64,000 nt of DNA from Flammeovirgaceae bacterium UBA6059 (lineage in GTDB: Bacteria; Bacteroidota; Bacteroidia; Cytophagales; Cyclobacteriaceae): assembly GCA_002435755.1 (NCBI GenBank), contig DIYH01000028.1, positions 240,510 through 304,509 of the forward strand, read 5' to 3'. Each line of letters opens with the position of its first letter. The stretch's first letter is position 1. Below are positions 45,944-56,600 of the stretch, piece after piece. The notes under the pieces were generated by a model. The model was given only the letters and a program-made list of their open reading frames with translations, did no database searches and was not told the origin of the DNA. A program made the position numbers and the translations under genes.

Positions 45944-45951
45944 AAAATACA

Positions 45952-47472
45952 TTATACGCCAAGAAGAAGTCTTGTTGGGTCTTCAAGCAACTGCTTTACA
46001 CGAACGAGGAAGCTGACAGACTCACGTCCGTCAATGATTCTATGATCATAACTCAAAGCGACATACATGATTGGCCTCACGACTATTTCGCCATTCTCTA
46101 CTACTGGTCGCTCAACGATGTTGTGCATACCGAGAATGGCAGATTGTGGTGCATTGATGATCGGTGTAGAAAGCATTGAGCCGAAAATGCCACCATTAGT
46201 GATCGTGAAAGTCCCTCCTGTCATCTCAGGGATACTCAACTTACCCTCACGAGCCTTTGTCGCTAATCTTACGATCTCTTTTTCAATCTGATCGAAGCTC
46301 ATGCCTTCAGCGTTTCTGATCACTGGCACAACCAACCCTTTTGGCGCTGATACGGCAATTGAAATATCACAGAAATCGCTGTAGACCATTTCTTCACCAT
46401 CGATGTAAGCATTGACAGCAGGCCATTCCTGAAGTGCCATACAACATGCTTTGGTAAAGAAGGACATGAATCCCAGGCCAACTTCATACTTATCCTTGAA
46501 TGACTCTTTGTACTTTTTCCTCAAGTCCATAATCGGCTGCATATTGACTTCATTAAATGTTGTCAACATGGCAGTTTCATTCTTAACAGAAACAAGCCTT
46601 CTGGATATGGTCTTACGAAGATTGGTCATCTTCTCACGACGTTGATCTCTGTCGCCTTTGGGAGCTGCAGGAGCCTCTTGTGCGGCACTAGACGCTGGAG
46701 CTGATACCGGAGCTGATTTCTCAGCATTTACCGCGTCCTCTTTGGTAATGCGGCCACCGACACCTGAGCCTTTTATTTCTGTTGCTGCTATTCCTTTTTC
46801 CGCTAGGATCTTAGCTGCTGCTGGAGATGCGTGACCTGAGGCATACCCAGGCTCTCCAGTGGGTGATTCAGCAACAGGGGTGCTGGATTCGACAGGAGTA
46901 CTCTCCGCTTTAGTAGGAGCTCCATCTGTCACTTCAATTTTACAAATGAGCGCACCTATTTCAAGGGTATCTCCTTCCTTGGCCACATGCCGTAGCACAC
47001 CGTTGGCCTCCGCCGTAAGTTCAAAAGTTGCTTTATCCGATTCTATCTCTGCGATGACATCATCCAGTGCTACACTAGCTCCATCGTCAACCATCCAGCT
47101 TGAGATGGTCACTTCATTGATAGACTCACCTACCGCCGGCACATGCATTTCCATTGTCTCTCCGGTAGCCTTAGCTTCAGCAACTTCAGTAGGGGCTGGG
47201 ACAGCCTCTGACACAATAGATGCTTCTGCTGGGGCACCAGCCGTATCGATTTCGCAAATGACAGCTCCAATCTCGATTGTATCACCTTCATTAGCTTTGG
47301 TGGTAAGCACGCCGGCAGCCTCTGCTGTTAGCTCAAAAGTTGCCTTATCAGACTCTAACTCGGCAATCACCTCATCCATTTCAACAGAATCGCCGGTCTT
47401 TTTCATCCATTGAGCGATGGTCACCTCACTTATTGACTCACCAACATTGGGTACTTTAATTTCTAAAGCCAT
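45952..47472 (-). CDS. sucB: 2-oxoglutarate dehydrogenase E2 (dihydrolipoyllysine succinyltransferase) with two lipoyl domains
   Basis: Two ESDKATFEL lipoyl-lysine motifs, Ala/Pro linkers, and a catalytic domain ending in [11 protein letters not shown]. Confidence 0.95.
   Translation of the reverse strand: MALEIKVPNVGESISEVTIAQWMKKTGDSVEMDEVIAELESDKATFELTAEAAGVLTTKANEGDTIEIGAVICEIDTAGAPAEASIVSEAVPAPTEVAEAKATGETMEMHVPAVGESINEVTISSWMVDDGASVALDDVIAEIESDKATFELTAEANGVLRHVAKEGDTLEIGALICKIEVTDGAPTKAESTPVESSTPVAESPTGEPGYASGHASPAAAKILAEKGIAATEIKGSGVGGRITKEDAVNAEKSAPVSAPASSAAQEAPAAPKGDRDQRREKMTNLRKTISRRLVSVKNETAMLTTFNEVNMQPIMDLRKKYKESFKDKYEVGLGFMSFFTKACCMALQEWPAVNAYIDGEEMVYSDFCDISIAVSAPKGLVVPVIRNAEGMSFDQIEKEIVRLATKAREGKLSIPEMTGGTFTITNGGIFGSMLSTPIINAPQSAILGMHNIVERPVVENGEIVVRPIMYVALSYDHRIIDGRESVSFLVRVKQLLEDPTRLLLGV
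46930..47472 (-). repeat. internal tandem duplication encoding two lipoyl domains of SucB
   Basis: aa 2-76 and aa 107-181 align by eye at roughly 55-60 percent identity (VP.VGESI.EVTI..WM...[24 protein letters not shown]....EGDT.EIGA.IC.I). Confidence 0.8.
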
Positions 47473-47489
47473 TTTGACTGATGGTTATA

Positions 47490-50204
47490 TTATTTAAATG
47501 CCTCTTTAACTAGTTCTTGCTGCTCCTGCCTATGGACTTTCGCAAATCCTGTGGCCGGGGAGGCAGCTGCACGTCGAGATATCACTTTTATACCTTGACC
47601 AAATGTTCTGAGCATAAAGCTCCATCCTCCCATATTCTCAGGTTCTTCTTGTACCCAGAATACTTCAGGATTACTATATTTTTTCAATATCGCGTCCAAC
47701 TGCTTCTTAGGAAACGGGTAGAGCTGTTCAATCCTCGTAATTGCGACATCCTTGATTTTTTTCTTCTGCTGCTCTTCTAGCAAGTCAAAATATACCTTAC
47801 CAGAACAGAGCAATACCTTACGAACCGACTTGTTCGTCACATAAGTATCACCAATTACCTCCTTAAAAGTTCCGCTTGTGAAATCTTTTAATGGGCTGGC
47901 AACACCAGGGTGTCTCAGCAGCGACTTAGGAGAGAACACCACGCATGGTTTTCTAAAAGTCCATGTAACCTGTCTCCTCATTAAGTGGAAGATATTAGCA
48001 GCGGTAGTCAGATTAGCTACCACAATGTTGTCCTGAGCGCACAATTGTAGGAACCTTTCAAGTCGCGCACTTGAGTGCTCAGGCCCTTGACCTTCATATC
48101 CATGCGGCAATAACATGACCAGACCATTCATTCTTTGCCATTTACTCTCTGCACTAGAGATAAATTGGTCTATCATGACTTGAGCACCATTTGCAAAGTC
48201 TCCAAACTGTGCCTCCCAGATCACCAAGGCATTAGGAGTAGCCATCGCATATCCGTATTCAAATCCGAGAACTCCGAATTCTGATAGGAGCGAATTAAAT
48301 ATCCTGAATGGCTCCTGCTTTTCTGAGACATAGTTAAGGTTGCAGTAGGGCTCATTAGTATTTGAGTCAAAGATGTAGCTATGACGATGAGAGAACGTAC
48401 CGCGCTTGACATCCTGACCTGACATCCTCACAATCTTACCGTCTGCGAGCAATGATCCATATGCTAGTAGCTCTCCATCGGCCCATCCAAGTTCTTTTTT
48501 CTCGAAAAATGCAGCTTTTCGATCCTTGATCAATTTCTCTATCTGCTTCAGTGGCTTGAAGCCTTGAGGAATAGATGTCAAAACTTCCCCGACTGTCTTA
48601 ACCATCTCTGTGGAGATTGCAGTATCTGGAGATTTGTCAAATGCACCAGGCTTTGACCTGTGTAGGTGATTCCATTCCTCTTCTATCTTTTGAGGCTTAT
48701 ATGGAAGGGGTCGCTGCTTTACTTCATCAAGACGATCCTGTAGGAGCTTCTTAAATTCATCGTTCAACTGCTTAGACCTATTCTGACTTATATCCCCACG
48801 CTCAACCAATTTCTTGACATAGATCTCCCTTGGATTAGGGTGCTTGGCAATGAGGCTATAAAGTTTAGGTTGAGTGAATTTGGGCTCGTCACTTTCATTG
48901 TGCCCATGGCGCCTATAGCACAGTAAGTCTATGAAGAAGTCCTTATGAAATGTTTGTCTGTACTCTACTGCCAATCGTGCAGCATAAGCTACCGCCTCAG
49001 CGTCATCCCCATTAACATGCAATATGGGGGTATCGACGATTTTAGCTATATCCGTACAGTAGATACTCGACCTTGCATCATCATAGTCAGTTGTAAATCC
49101 TACCTGATTGTTGATCACAAAGTGAATGGTTCCGCCGGTGGAGTAGCCATCCAATTGTGACATTTGGATACATTCGTAGACTATGCCTTGACCGGCAACC
49201 GCCGCATCACCATGTATCAATATTGGGATAGCCTTGCTAAAATCCTCTCTATACTCATCATCTACCTGAGCGCGAGTATATCCGAGTACTACAGGGTCTA
49301 CCGCCTCCAGGTGAGAAGGGTTTGGAGCAAGCTTTACATATATCTTCTTACCAGAATTAGTTTTGATATAGCTTGAGTAACCCAGGTGGTACTTCACATC
49401 ACCATCACCCATAGTCAGGTCAGGGTCAACTCCACCTTCAAATTCATTGAATATTTCTTCATAGGTCTTACCCATGATGTTGGCAAGGACGTTGAGTCTC
49501 CCTCTATGCGCCATGCCGATCACAATCTCTTCTACATCATGATCTGCTGCCTTGTTGATAATAGTGTGCAGTGCAGTAATAGTATTCTCACCACCTTCAA
49601 GCGAGAATCGCTTTTGCCCTATGTATTTGGTATGAAGGAAGTTTTCAAAAATGACTGCTTCATTGAGCTTTTGAAGTATCTCTTTCTTCTGGTCTGTAGA
49701 TGGTTCTATATTGACACCTTCAGTTTCAACCTTCTGCTTGAACCACTCGAAAGTGTCAGAGTTCCTGATATGATTAAACTCATATCCAATTGACCCAAGA
49801 TAGATTTTTTCTAGACGCCCCCTAATGTCCTTAAACTTGGCCCTACCCATTCCGATCTCTGAACCAACATCAAACTCCTTATCTAAATCAGCATCAGACA
49901 AACCGAAGTTATCGAGATCAAGTCTCACCACGTGCTGTCGCCTTTGTCTTACAGGATTTGTATCTGACTTAAGATGCGCTCTTGACCGGTGAGCATAAAT
50001 GAAATTACGTACTTTGATTTCAGTCGAATCAGCGATATCAGCTCTACTTTTAGCGGTACCATTAAACTGTTCCTGAGAGAACTCAAATCCTTCGAAAAAC
50101 TTTTGCCAACTTTCATCAACACTGTTAGGGTCAGTCTTGTAAGATGAGTAGAGGTCTTCTATGTAGTTGGTATGGGCGTTCGAGATATATGAAAACTTAT
50201 CCAT
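47490..50204 (-). CDS. sucA: 2-oxoglutarate dehydrogenase E1 component
   Basis: 904 aa with KRFSLEGGE, GMAHRGRLNVL, HGDAAVAGQG and the LLPHGYEGQGPEHSSAR block. Confidence 0.95.
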   Translation of the reverse strand: MDKFSYISNAHTNYIEDLYSSYKTDPNSVDESWQKFFEGFEFSQEQFNGTAKSRADIADSTEIKVRNFIYAHRSRAHLKSDTNPVRQRRQHVVRLDLDNFGLSDADLDKEFDVGSEIGMGRAKFKDIRGRLEKIYLGSIGYEFNHIRNSDTFEWFKQKVETEGVNIEPSTDQKKEILQKLNEAVIFENFLHTKYIGQKRFSLEGGENTITALHTIINKAADHDVEEIVIGMAHRGRLNVLANIMGKTYEEIFNEFEGGVDPDLTMGDGDVKYHLGYSSYIKTNSGKKIYVKLAPNPSHLEAVDPVVLGYTRAQVDDEYREDFSKAIPILIHGDAAVAGQGIVYECIQMSQLDGYSTGGTIHFVINNQVGFTTDYDDARSSIYCTDIAKIVDTPILHVNGDDAEAVAYAARLAVEYRQTFHKDFFIDLLCYRRHGHNESDEPKFTQPKLYSLIAKHPNPREIYVKKLVERGDISQNRSKQLNDEFKKLLQDRLDEVKQRPLPYKPQKIEEEWNHLHRSKPGAFDKSPDTAISTEMVKTVGEVLTSIPQGFKPLKQIEKLIKDRKAAFFEKKELGWADGELLAYGSLLADGKIVRMSGQDVKRGTFSHRHSYIFDSNTNEPYCNLNYVSEKQEPFRIFNSLLSEFGVLGFEYGYAMATPNALVIWEAQFGDFANGAQVMIDQFISSAESKWQRMNGLVMLLPHGYEGQGPEHSSARLERFLQLCAQDNIVVANLTTAANIFHLMRRQVTWTFRKPCVVFSPKSLLRHPGVASPLKDFTSGTFKEVIGDTYVTNKSVRKVLLCSGKVYFDLLEEQQKKKIKDVAITRIEQLYPFPKKQLDAILKKYSNPEVFWVQEEPENMGGWSFMLRTFGQGIKVISRRAAASPATGFAKVHRQEQQELVKEAFK

Positions 50205-50232
50205 TGGGTATGAACGATATATGATTTCGTAT

Positions 50233-50240
50233 CAAAGGTA
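50233..50240 (-). promoter_or_regulatory. candidate -7 promoter box (TACCTTTG on minus strand) for sucA
   Basis: Plus-strand CAAAGGTA, 29 nt upstream of the sucA ATG. Confidence 0.35.
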
Positions 50241-50352
50241 ATTGATCAGTTTCAGAATGAAAAACCGTATAACCGCTTTAGCAAATATTCAATTAACAAT
50301 TACTTAACTCTCTGATTTACCAACACCTGATGTCTCTTTGATTAATTATCAC

Positions 50353-50360
50353 TACTTTTG
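50353..50360 (+). promoter_or_regulatory. candidate -7 promoter box (TACTTTTG) for the rpsP operon
   Basis: Exact TAnnTTTG match 68 nt upstream of the rpsP ATG. Confidence 0.45.
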
Positions 50361-50427
50361 CGTTCCTTTTCTTGAAAAGGAATTTAAATGTTAATGGACG
50401 TGATCCATAGAAACTTATAATTAACAA

Positions 50428-51096
50428 ATGGCAGTAAAAATTAGACTCGCGCGTCGAGGACGCAAGAAGAGAGCAATGTACGATGTAGTCGTTGCTGACG
50501 CTAGAGCACCACGTGATGGTCGCTTTATTGAAAAAATTGGTACTTACAATCCTAATGTTGACCCTGCAAGCGTTGATATCAACGCCGAAAAGGCCTTCGA
50601 TTGGGTAATGAAAGGTGCACAGCCTACCGATACTGTTAAGGCGATGTTGTCTTACAGAGGTGTCATGTACAGAAAGCACCTTCAGATCGGTGTTAACAAA
50701 GGAGCTATAACTCAAGAGGAAGCTGATAAGCGTCTTCAAGAGTGGTTAGATCAGAAAGAAGCTAAGATTCAAGGTAAAGTTGATTCTTTGGCTCAGAAGA
50801 AAGAAGCAGATCGTAAGTCACGACTTGAGGCAGAAACCAAGGTGAAAGAAGCCAGGGCAGAGGCCATCAAGCAAAGACAAGCAGAAGAGCTAGCTGCAGC
50901 ACAACCTGAAGAGGAGGCGAGCGAAGAAGCTCCAGCGGAGGAGGCGAGTGTAGAAGCAGAAGTAGTCGCGGAAGCACCTGCAACGGAAGAAGCACCAGCA
51001 GAAGAAGTTGCTGAAGCTCCGGCCGAAGAAGCACCAAAAGCAGAAGAGGCACCTGAGGCTGACGCATCTACTGAAGAAGAGGAGAAGAAAGACTAA
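50428..51096 (+). CDS. rpsP: 30S ribosomal protein S16 with long C-terminal extension
   Basis: The [42 protein letters not shown] core is S16. It is followed by about 135 extra residues, first Lys/Glu-rich and then Ala/Glu/Pro-rich. Confidence 0.9.
   Translation: MAVKIRLARRGRKKRAMYDVVVADARAPRDGRFIEKIGTYNPNVDPASVDINAEKAFDWVMKGAQPTDTVKAMLSYRGVMYRKHLQIGVNKGAITQEEADKRLQEWLDQKEAKIQGKVDSLAQKKEADRKSRLEAETKVKEARAEAIKQRQAEELAAAQPEEEASEEAPAEEASVEAEVVAEAPATEEAPAEEVAEAPAEEAPKAEEAPEADASTEEEEKKD
50881..51093 (+). repeat. low-complexity Ala/Glu/Pro-coding region (S16 tail)
   Basis: Reiterated GAAGAAGCACC/GCAGAAGA units encoding EEAPAEE-type repeats. This also creates the spurious antisense ORF at 50867-51067. 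Confidence 0.7.
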
Positions 51097-51102
51097 GCTA
51101 GC

Positions 51103-51627
51103 GTGAAGGTAGATGATTGCTACCAGCTAGGTTACATTATAAAGCCCCATGGGCTTAAAGGTGAGGTTCTTGCATTTTTAGATGTTGACTTCCCTGAAGA
51201 TTACGAAAATTTGGAATCAGTTCTATTGCTACGGCAAAATGAGCTGGTTCCTTTTTTTGTTGAAGCTTGTTCGATTCAGCCACCTCAGAAAGCAAGACTT
51301 AGGTTAGAAGATATTGAGTCTCGTGAGCAGGCTGAAGAATTGAGCGGATCTGAGGTATATCTCCCGCTTTCCAATCTTCCTGATCTTACAGGTGACCAAT
51401 TCTATTATCATGAAGTTATCGGCTTCTCACTCTTGGATCAATCCGAAATCGTTGGACTAATAGAGAATGTCATTTCAACAGGTCGACAAGATCTCTTTAC
51501 AGTGCGCACTACATCAGATAAGGAAGTCTTGATACCGATTACTGAGGAAGTAATTAAAAAAATAGACCGTGATAAAAAACAGGTCATCGCAGAGCTTCCA
51601 GCTGGTCTAGTAGATGTATTCTCTTAA
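51103..51627 (+). CDS. rimM: 16S rRNA processing protein RimM
   Basis: GTG start, the GYIIKPHGLKGEV motif, a PRC-barrel C-terminus, and the conserved rpsP-rimM-trmD-rplS order. Confidence 0.9.
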   Translation: MKVDDCYQLGYIIKPHGLKGEVLAFLDVDFPEDYENLESVLLLRQNELVPFFVEACSIQPPQKARLRLEDIESREQAEELSGSEVYLPLSNLPDLTGDQFYYHEVIGFSLLDQSEIVGLIENVISTGRQDLFTVRTTSDKEVLIPITEEVIKKIDRDKKQVIAELPAGLVDVFS

Positions 51628-51639
51628 AAGATTCTTCTC

Positions 51640-52326
51640 ATGAGAATAGACGTTATTACCTGCCTACCGGAATTATTTAAAGGCCCATTCGATCAAAGTA
51701 TTCTACATCGGGCACAGGATAAAGGTATTGTTGAACTTAAGGTACATGATCTAAGACCATACGCTACTAATAAGCACAAAACGGTAGATGACTATGCATA
51801 CGGCGGAGGAGCAGGAATGGTATTGCAAATCGAACCGATCGATCGATGCATTTCCGACCTTAAAAAAGACAATGACTATGATGAAGTCATTTATACCAGT
51901 CCTGATGGCGTACAGTTTGATCAGTCAATAGCCAATCAGCTCTCGTTACTCAACAACATCATAATTATCTGTGGACATTACAAAGGTGTTGACGAACGTG
52001 TTCGAGAACATCTAGTAACTAAAGAGATCAGCATCGGCGATTATGTGCTTTCTGGTGGAGAGTTAGCTGCTGCTGTAATATCTGATGCGATCATCAGACT
52101 TATCCCTGGGGTACTCAATGATGAGTCTTCTGCACTCTCCGACTCATTTCAAGATAATCTAATTGCGCCACCAGTTTACACCAGACCAGCAGAATACAAC
52201 GGTTGGAAAGTACCGGATGTGCTACTCTCTGGCCATGAAGCCAACATCGAGCAGTGGCGACATGAACAGTCAATCGAGCGAACTAAATCACGCAGACCAA
52301 ATTTGCTCGATGGCACAACAGAATAA
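51640..52326 (+). CDS. trmD: tRNA (guanine37-N1)-methyltransferase
   Basis: [36 protein letters not shown] and [11 protein letters not shown] motifs. Confidence 0.95.
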   Translation: MRIDVITCLPELFKGPFDQSILHRAQDKGIVELKVHDLRPYATNKHKTVDDYAYGGGAGMVLQIEPIDRCISDLKKDNDYDEVIYTSPDGVQFDQSIANQLSLLNNIIIICGHYKGVDERVREHLVTKEISIGDYVLSGGELAAAVISDAIIRLIPGVLNDESSALSDSFQDNLIAPPVYTRPAEYNGWKVPDVLLSGHEANIEQWRHEQSIERTKSRRPNLLDGTTE

Positions 52327-52360
52327 TTATATCACCATCCTTGTTTTTAATACTAATTGC

Positions 52361-52368
52361 TATATTTG
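52361..52368 (+). promoter_or_regulatory. candidate -7 promoter box (TATATTTG) upstream of rplS
   Basis: Exact TAnnTTTG with a TTG about 20 nt upstream. It lies inside the 5' extension proposed by the ORF track, which argues for the ATG at 52402. Confidence 0.45.
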
Positions 52369-52401
52369 CAGTCCGATTTTCAGATAGCCAAAAAAAGCAC
52401 C

Positions 52402-52755
52402 ATGAGTGAGCTAATAAAATTAATAGAAGCTGAATCCGAAGAGATAAGAAGCAGCCGTCCGGACTTCAAAGCTGGTGACACTGTCAACGTACACGTGAAG
52501 ATCAAGGAAGGCAACAAAGAGAGAGTTCAGCAGTTCCAGGGTACTGTGATCCAAAGAAAAAATAAGAGTTCGAACGGAGAGACTTTCACTGTGAGAAAAG
52601 TCTCGAGCGGGATCGCTGTAGAAAGAATTTTCCCATTGCTGTCACCAAGCATTGAGAAGATCGAAGTGCTCAGAAGAGGCAAGGTGAGAAGAGCAAGGAT
52701 CTACTACTTAAGAGATCTTAAGGGTAAGAAAGCCCGTATCAAGGAGAAGGTTTAA
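52402..52755 (+). CDS. rplS: 50S ribosomal protein L19
   Basis: [31 protein letters not shown]...[14 protein letters not shown] is L19. The start is moved from 52357 to the ATG at 52402. Confidence 0.92.
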   Translation: MSELIKLIEAESEEIRSSRPDFKAGDTVNVHVKIKEGNKERVQQFQGTVIQRKNKSSNGETFTVRKVSSGIAVERIFPLLSPSIEKIEVLRRGKVRRARIYYLRDLKGKKARIKEKV

Positions 52756-52778
52756 TATCTTCTTGCAAAAGAAATCGT

Positions 52779-52806
52779 AAGCCAACCTTAGTGTTGGCTT
52801 TTTTTC
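52779..52806 (+). terminator. rho-independent terminator of the rpsP-rplS operon
   Basis: AAGCCAAC / GTTGGCTT 8-bp stem with a 6-nt loop, followed by a T-run. Confidence 0.75.
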
Positions 52807-52829
52807 TTTAGGGCCATCTGCAATTAGCA

Positions 52830-53600
52830 TTGATGAATATCCATTTTCACAAATACCAAGGAACAGGCAATGATTTTGTCATGATTGACAACAGGAGCCT
52901 TGGACTGTCTTTGGAGAAAGAACAAATCACAAAGTTGTGTGACCGAAGATTTGGTATCGGCGCGGATGGGCTTATTCTTATTCAAAATCATCCGGACCTG
53001 GACTTTGAAATGATCTATTTCAATAGTGACGGATCACAGAGCATGTGCGGCAATGGTAGCCGGTGTGCCGTGATGTTTGCAAGACAACTTGGTATGATTG
53101 GAGATCACGCTTCATTTCAATCTACAGATGGCGCACACAAAGCCACCATCAGTGGCAATATCGTGGCTCTTGATATGCATAACACCACAGGTATAAGCCA
53201 TCGACTTTCAGGTCTTTTTCTGGACACAGGCTCTCCTCATCATTTAGAGTTCGTCGACGATGTGGAAAGTAAAAATGTGTTTGATGAAGGTCGAAACATT
53301 CGGATGCACGAAGAATATAGTCCTAACGGCACCAACGTCAATTTCGTAGAAGTTGTAGACAATCACTCCATAAAAGTACGAACCTATGAGCGTGGTGTGG
53401 AGAATGAGACACTGAGCTGCGGAACAGGCGTAACGGCCGCTTCTATTGCTGCGACCAAAAAAAATATTCAAAGCCCGGTAAACGTCAGTACCCTCGGAGG
53501 ACAATTGACTGTGAGTTTCAAACAAAGTGATAGCGGCTTCACAGATGTAAAGCTCATTGGTCCTGCCATGTGTGTCTTCGAAGGAGACGTAAATATCTGA
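52830..53600 (+). CDS. dapF: diaminopimelate epimerase
   Basis: KYQGTGNDFVMIDN, NSDGSQSMCGNG and ETLSCGTG (the two catalytic Cys blocks). Confidence 0.9.
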   Translation: MMNIHFHKYQGTGNDFVMIDNRSLGLSLEKEQITKLCDRRFGIGADGLILIQNHPDLDFEMIYFNSDGSQSMCGNGSRCAVMFARQLGMIGDHASFQSTDGAHKATISGNIVALDMHNTTGISHRLSGLFLDTGSPHHLEFVDDVESKNVFDEGRNIRMHEEYSPNGTNVNFVEVVDNHSIKVRTYERGVENETLSCGTGVTAASIAATKKNIQSPVNVSTLGGQLTVSFKQSDSGFTDVKLIGPAMCVFEGDVNI

Positions 53601-53674
53601 TTCAATAGGCCGATACCAACCCGACTATTGAGTCAAAAAAACTAACTTTAAAACTTATTTGACGAAGTAGAATT

Positions 53675-56600
53675 ATGCTCAATTTAGTCACTAAAGGACT
53701 TACCAAATTATTCGGGACCAAAGCGGATCGTGACCTGAAGGAGTTGCTGCCTTATGTAGGTAAAATCAATACTGAATTTGACAAACTCAGCAGTATAACC
53801 GACGATGAGCTTCGCGAAAAAACCACCGAGTTCAAGAGCAAAATAGCTGACGCCACACAGGATTTAGACAAATCGATCAAGCAGCTTCATGATCAAGCTG
53901 AAAACTCTCCAAAAGATGATATTGATCAAAAGGAAGCGGCATTCGCCAAAATCGATAAGCTGGAAGAAGAGAAAAACGAGAAACTTGAAGAAGTACTTCT
54001 CGAAATACTACCTGCAGCATTTGCGGTAGTAAAAGAGACCGCACGCAGACTCAAGGAGAATAAAAAACTGGTGGTAACCGCCACCATGAATGATAAGTCT
54101 ATTGCCGCTAAGAAGACTAACGTAGAAATAGACGGTGACAAGGCCATCTGGCATAACAAGTGGATGGCCGCCGGAGTAGAGGTTGTATGGGAGATGATGC
54201 ACTATGACGTCCAGCTGATCGGTGGAGTTGTTTTGCATACTGGTAAGATCGCCGAGATGGCGACAGGTGAAGGTAAAACCCTTGTAGCTACCCTACCAGC
54301 ATACCTTAATGCTCTTGCAGGTCGAGGTGTACATGTCGTAACCGTCAATGAATACCTGGCTAAGAGAGATGCAGAGTGGAATGCTCCAATCTTCGAGTTT
54401 CATGGATTGAAGATTGACTGTATTGATAAGTATCAAGCCAACTCTCCAGAACGCCGCAATGCTTATTTGGCGGATATCACTTACGGGACCAACAACGAAT
54501 TTGGCTTTGACTACTTGCGTGACAATATGTCGAGGAGTCCAGAGGATTTGGTACAGCATCACCATCATTTTGCCATGGTGGATGAAGTCGACTCGGTATT
54601 GATTGATGACGCCCGTACACCATTGATTATTTCAGGTCCGATACCAAGAGGTGATGAGCATGAGTTTTATGAGTTAAAGCCGCGTATTTCTAAGTTGGTT
54701 GAAGCGCAGAAAAAACTTGTTCTTCAATTCTTGAATGATGCAAAGCGCTTAATTAAGGATGGAAATGAAACTGATGGTGGTTTAGCACTATTTAGGGCTT
54801 ACCGCGGACTACCTAAGTTCAAGCCTCTTATAAAATACCTGAGTGAAACAGGTATGAGAGCCATCATGCAAAAAACGGAAAATTTCTATTTGCAGGATAA
54901 CTCCAAGATGATGCCTGAGGCTGATGCTCCACTCCTTTTCACCATCGAAGAGCGAAATAATGCGATTGAACTCACCGAGAAAGGGATTGACTTGATCACA
55001 GGGGACGGAGAAGACCCTCAGTTCTTCATTATGCCCGACATAGGAGTCGAAGTTGCCAAGCTAGAGAATGATGCCAGCATGGCAGAGGATGAAAAGCTCA
55101 AAAAGAAAGAAGAAGTCATCCAGGACTTTTCTGTCAAAGGAAAACGTATACATACGGTTAATCAGCTACTTAAGGCGTACACACTCTTCGAAAAAGACCA
55201 GGAGTATATTGTAGTTGATGCCAAAGTGAAGATTGTCGATGAGCAGACAGGCCGTGTCATGGAAGGCCGCCGCTACTCCGATGGACTTCATCAGGCCATA
55301 GAGGCAAAAGAGAATGTGAAGGTTGAAGATGCCACACAGACCTACGCTACCATTACGCTTCAGAACTACTTTAGGATGTACCATAAGCTCTCTGGAATGA
55401 CGGGTACTGCGGAAACTGAAGCTGGTGAGTTTTGGGAAATATACAAGCTCGATGTGGTTGTCATCCCTACCAATCGCGCCATTGCAAGAGCGGACATGGA
55501 GGACAAAGTCTACAAGACTGTCCGGGAGAAGTTCAATGCCGTAGTAGATGAAATTGTCGAGTTGACTGAAGCAGGACGTCCCGTGCTGGTTGGTACCACT
55601 TCCGTGGAGATTTCTGAAGTACTCAGCAGAATGCTTAGCCTTAAGAATATCAAGCATCAAGTGCTGAATGCGAAACAACATGCCCGTGAAGCTGAAGTAG
55701 TAGCTGAGGCCGGTAAGCCTGGTACAGTGACCATTGCCACAAATATGGCTGGTCGAGGTACGGATATTAAGCTTACACCTGAATCCAAAGCAGCCGGAGG
55801 GCTCGCTATCATAGGAACTGAGCGACATGAGTCGCGCCGTGTTGACCGTCAGTTGAGAGGCCGTGCAGGTCGCCAGGGAGACGTAGGTTCTTCACAGTTT
55901 TTTGTGTCTCTGGAGGATAATTTGATGCGTCTCTTTGGTAGTGATCGAATTGCCAAAATCATGGACAGGCTAGGCCTGGAAGAGGGCGAGGTAATCCAGC
56001 ATAGCATGATCACCAAATCGATTGAGCGCGCTCAGAAGAAGGTGGAGGAAAACAACTTTGCTACAAGAAAGCGTCTACTTGAGTACGATGATGTGATGAA
56101 CTCACAGCGTGAGGTTATTTATAGGAGGCGTAAGAATGCTCTGTTTGGGGAACGTCTTGAACTGGACATCCTCAATATGACTTATGATACCTGCGATGAT
56201 ATTGCGGTAGGAGCCAAAGATGCCGAAGACTATGATAGCCTTAAGCTCAACGCACTGAGTGTGCTTAGCATCGACCTTGAGATTTCAAAGGAGGAGTTTG
56301 CTGCGATCAGCCCGGTTGACTTAACTCAAAAGCTTTTTGAAGCAACTCTCGAGCATTACAAATCTAAGAATGAGCAAATCAAGACTAATGCGCTCCCAAT
56401 TCTTAAGAATATACTGGATACACGAGGTGCTACCGTTACCGACATATTAGTACCATTTGTCGATGGCAAAAAGCAGATAGGCGTCACCACCAATCTCAAG
56501 GAAAGTGTGGAATCAGAAGGTGATACTCTTATTAAGTCCATGGAGAAAATGATCACGCTTGCTATTATAGATCAGGCTTGGAAAGAACATCTCAGGGACA

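Noticed and set aside
52357-52401. 5' extensions proposed by the ORF track for rplS (52357), the GGGPS gene (61855), the AraC regulator (63666), the flippase-like gene (10204), rdgB (5254) and kynU (26490).
   Set aside because: The extensions add non-conserved residues, use non-ATG starts, or cover promoter boxes or the neighbouring gene's end. Internal ATGs give N-termini typical of the families and sensible gene junctions.
55166-55828. 220-aa ORF antisense to secA. Similar long antisense ORFs occur at 46859-47413 (sucB), 12492-12929 (dxs), 27467-27889 (SDR), 50317-50739 and 50867-51067 (rpsP region), and 1028-1333 (secDF).
   Set aside because: Each lies entirely opposite a strongly supported conserved gene. 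Their compositions are low-complexity or Ser/Leu/Arg-rich, typical of antisense frames, and they have no motifs or plausible promoters. I treat them as non-coding shadows.
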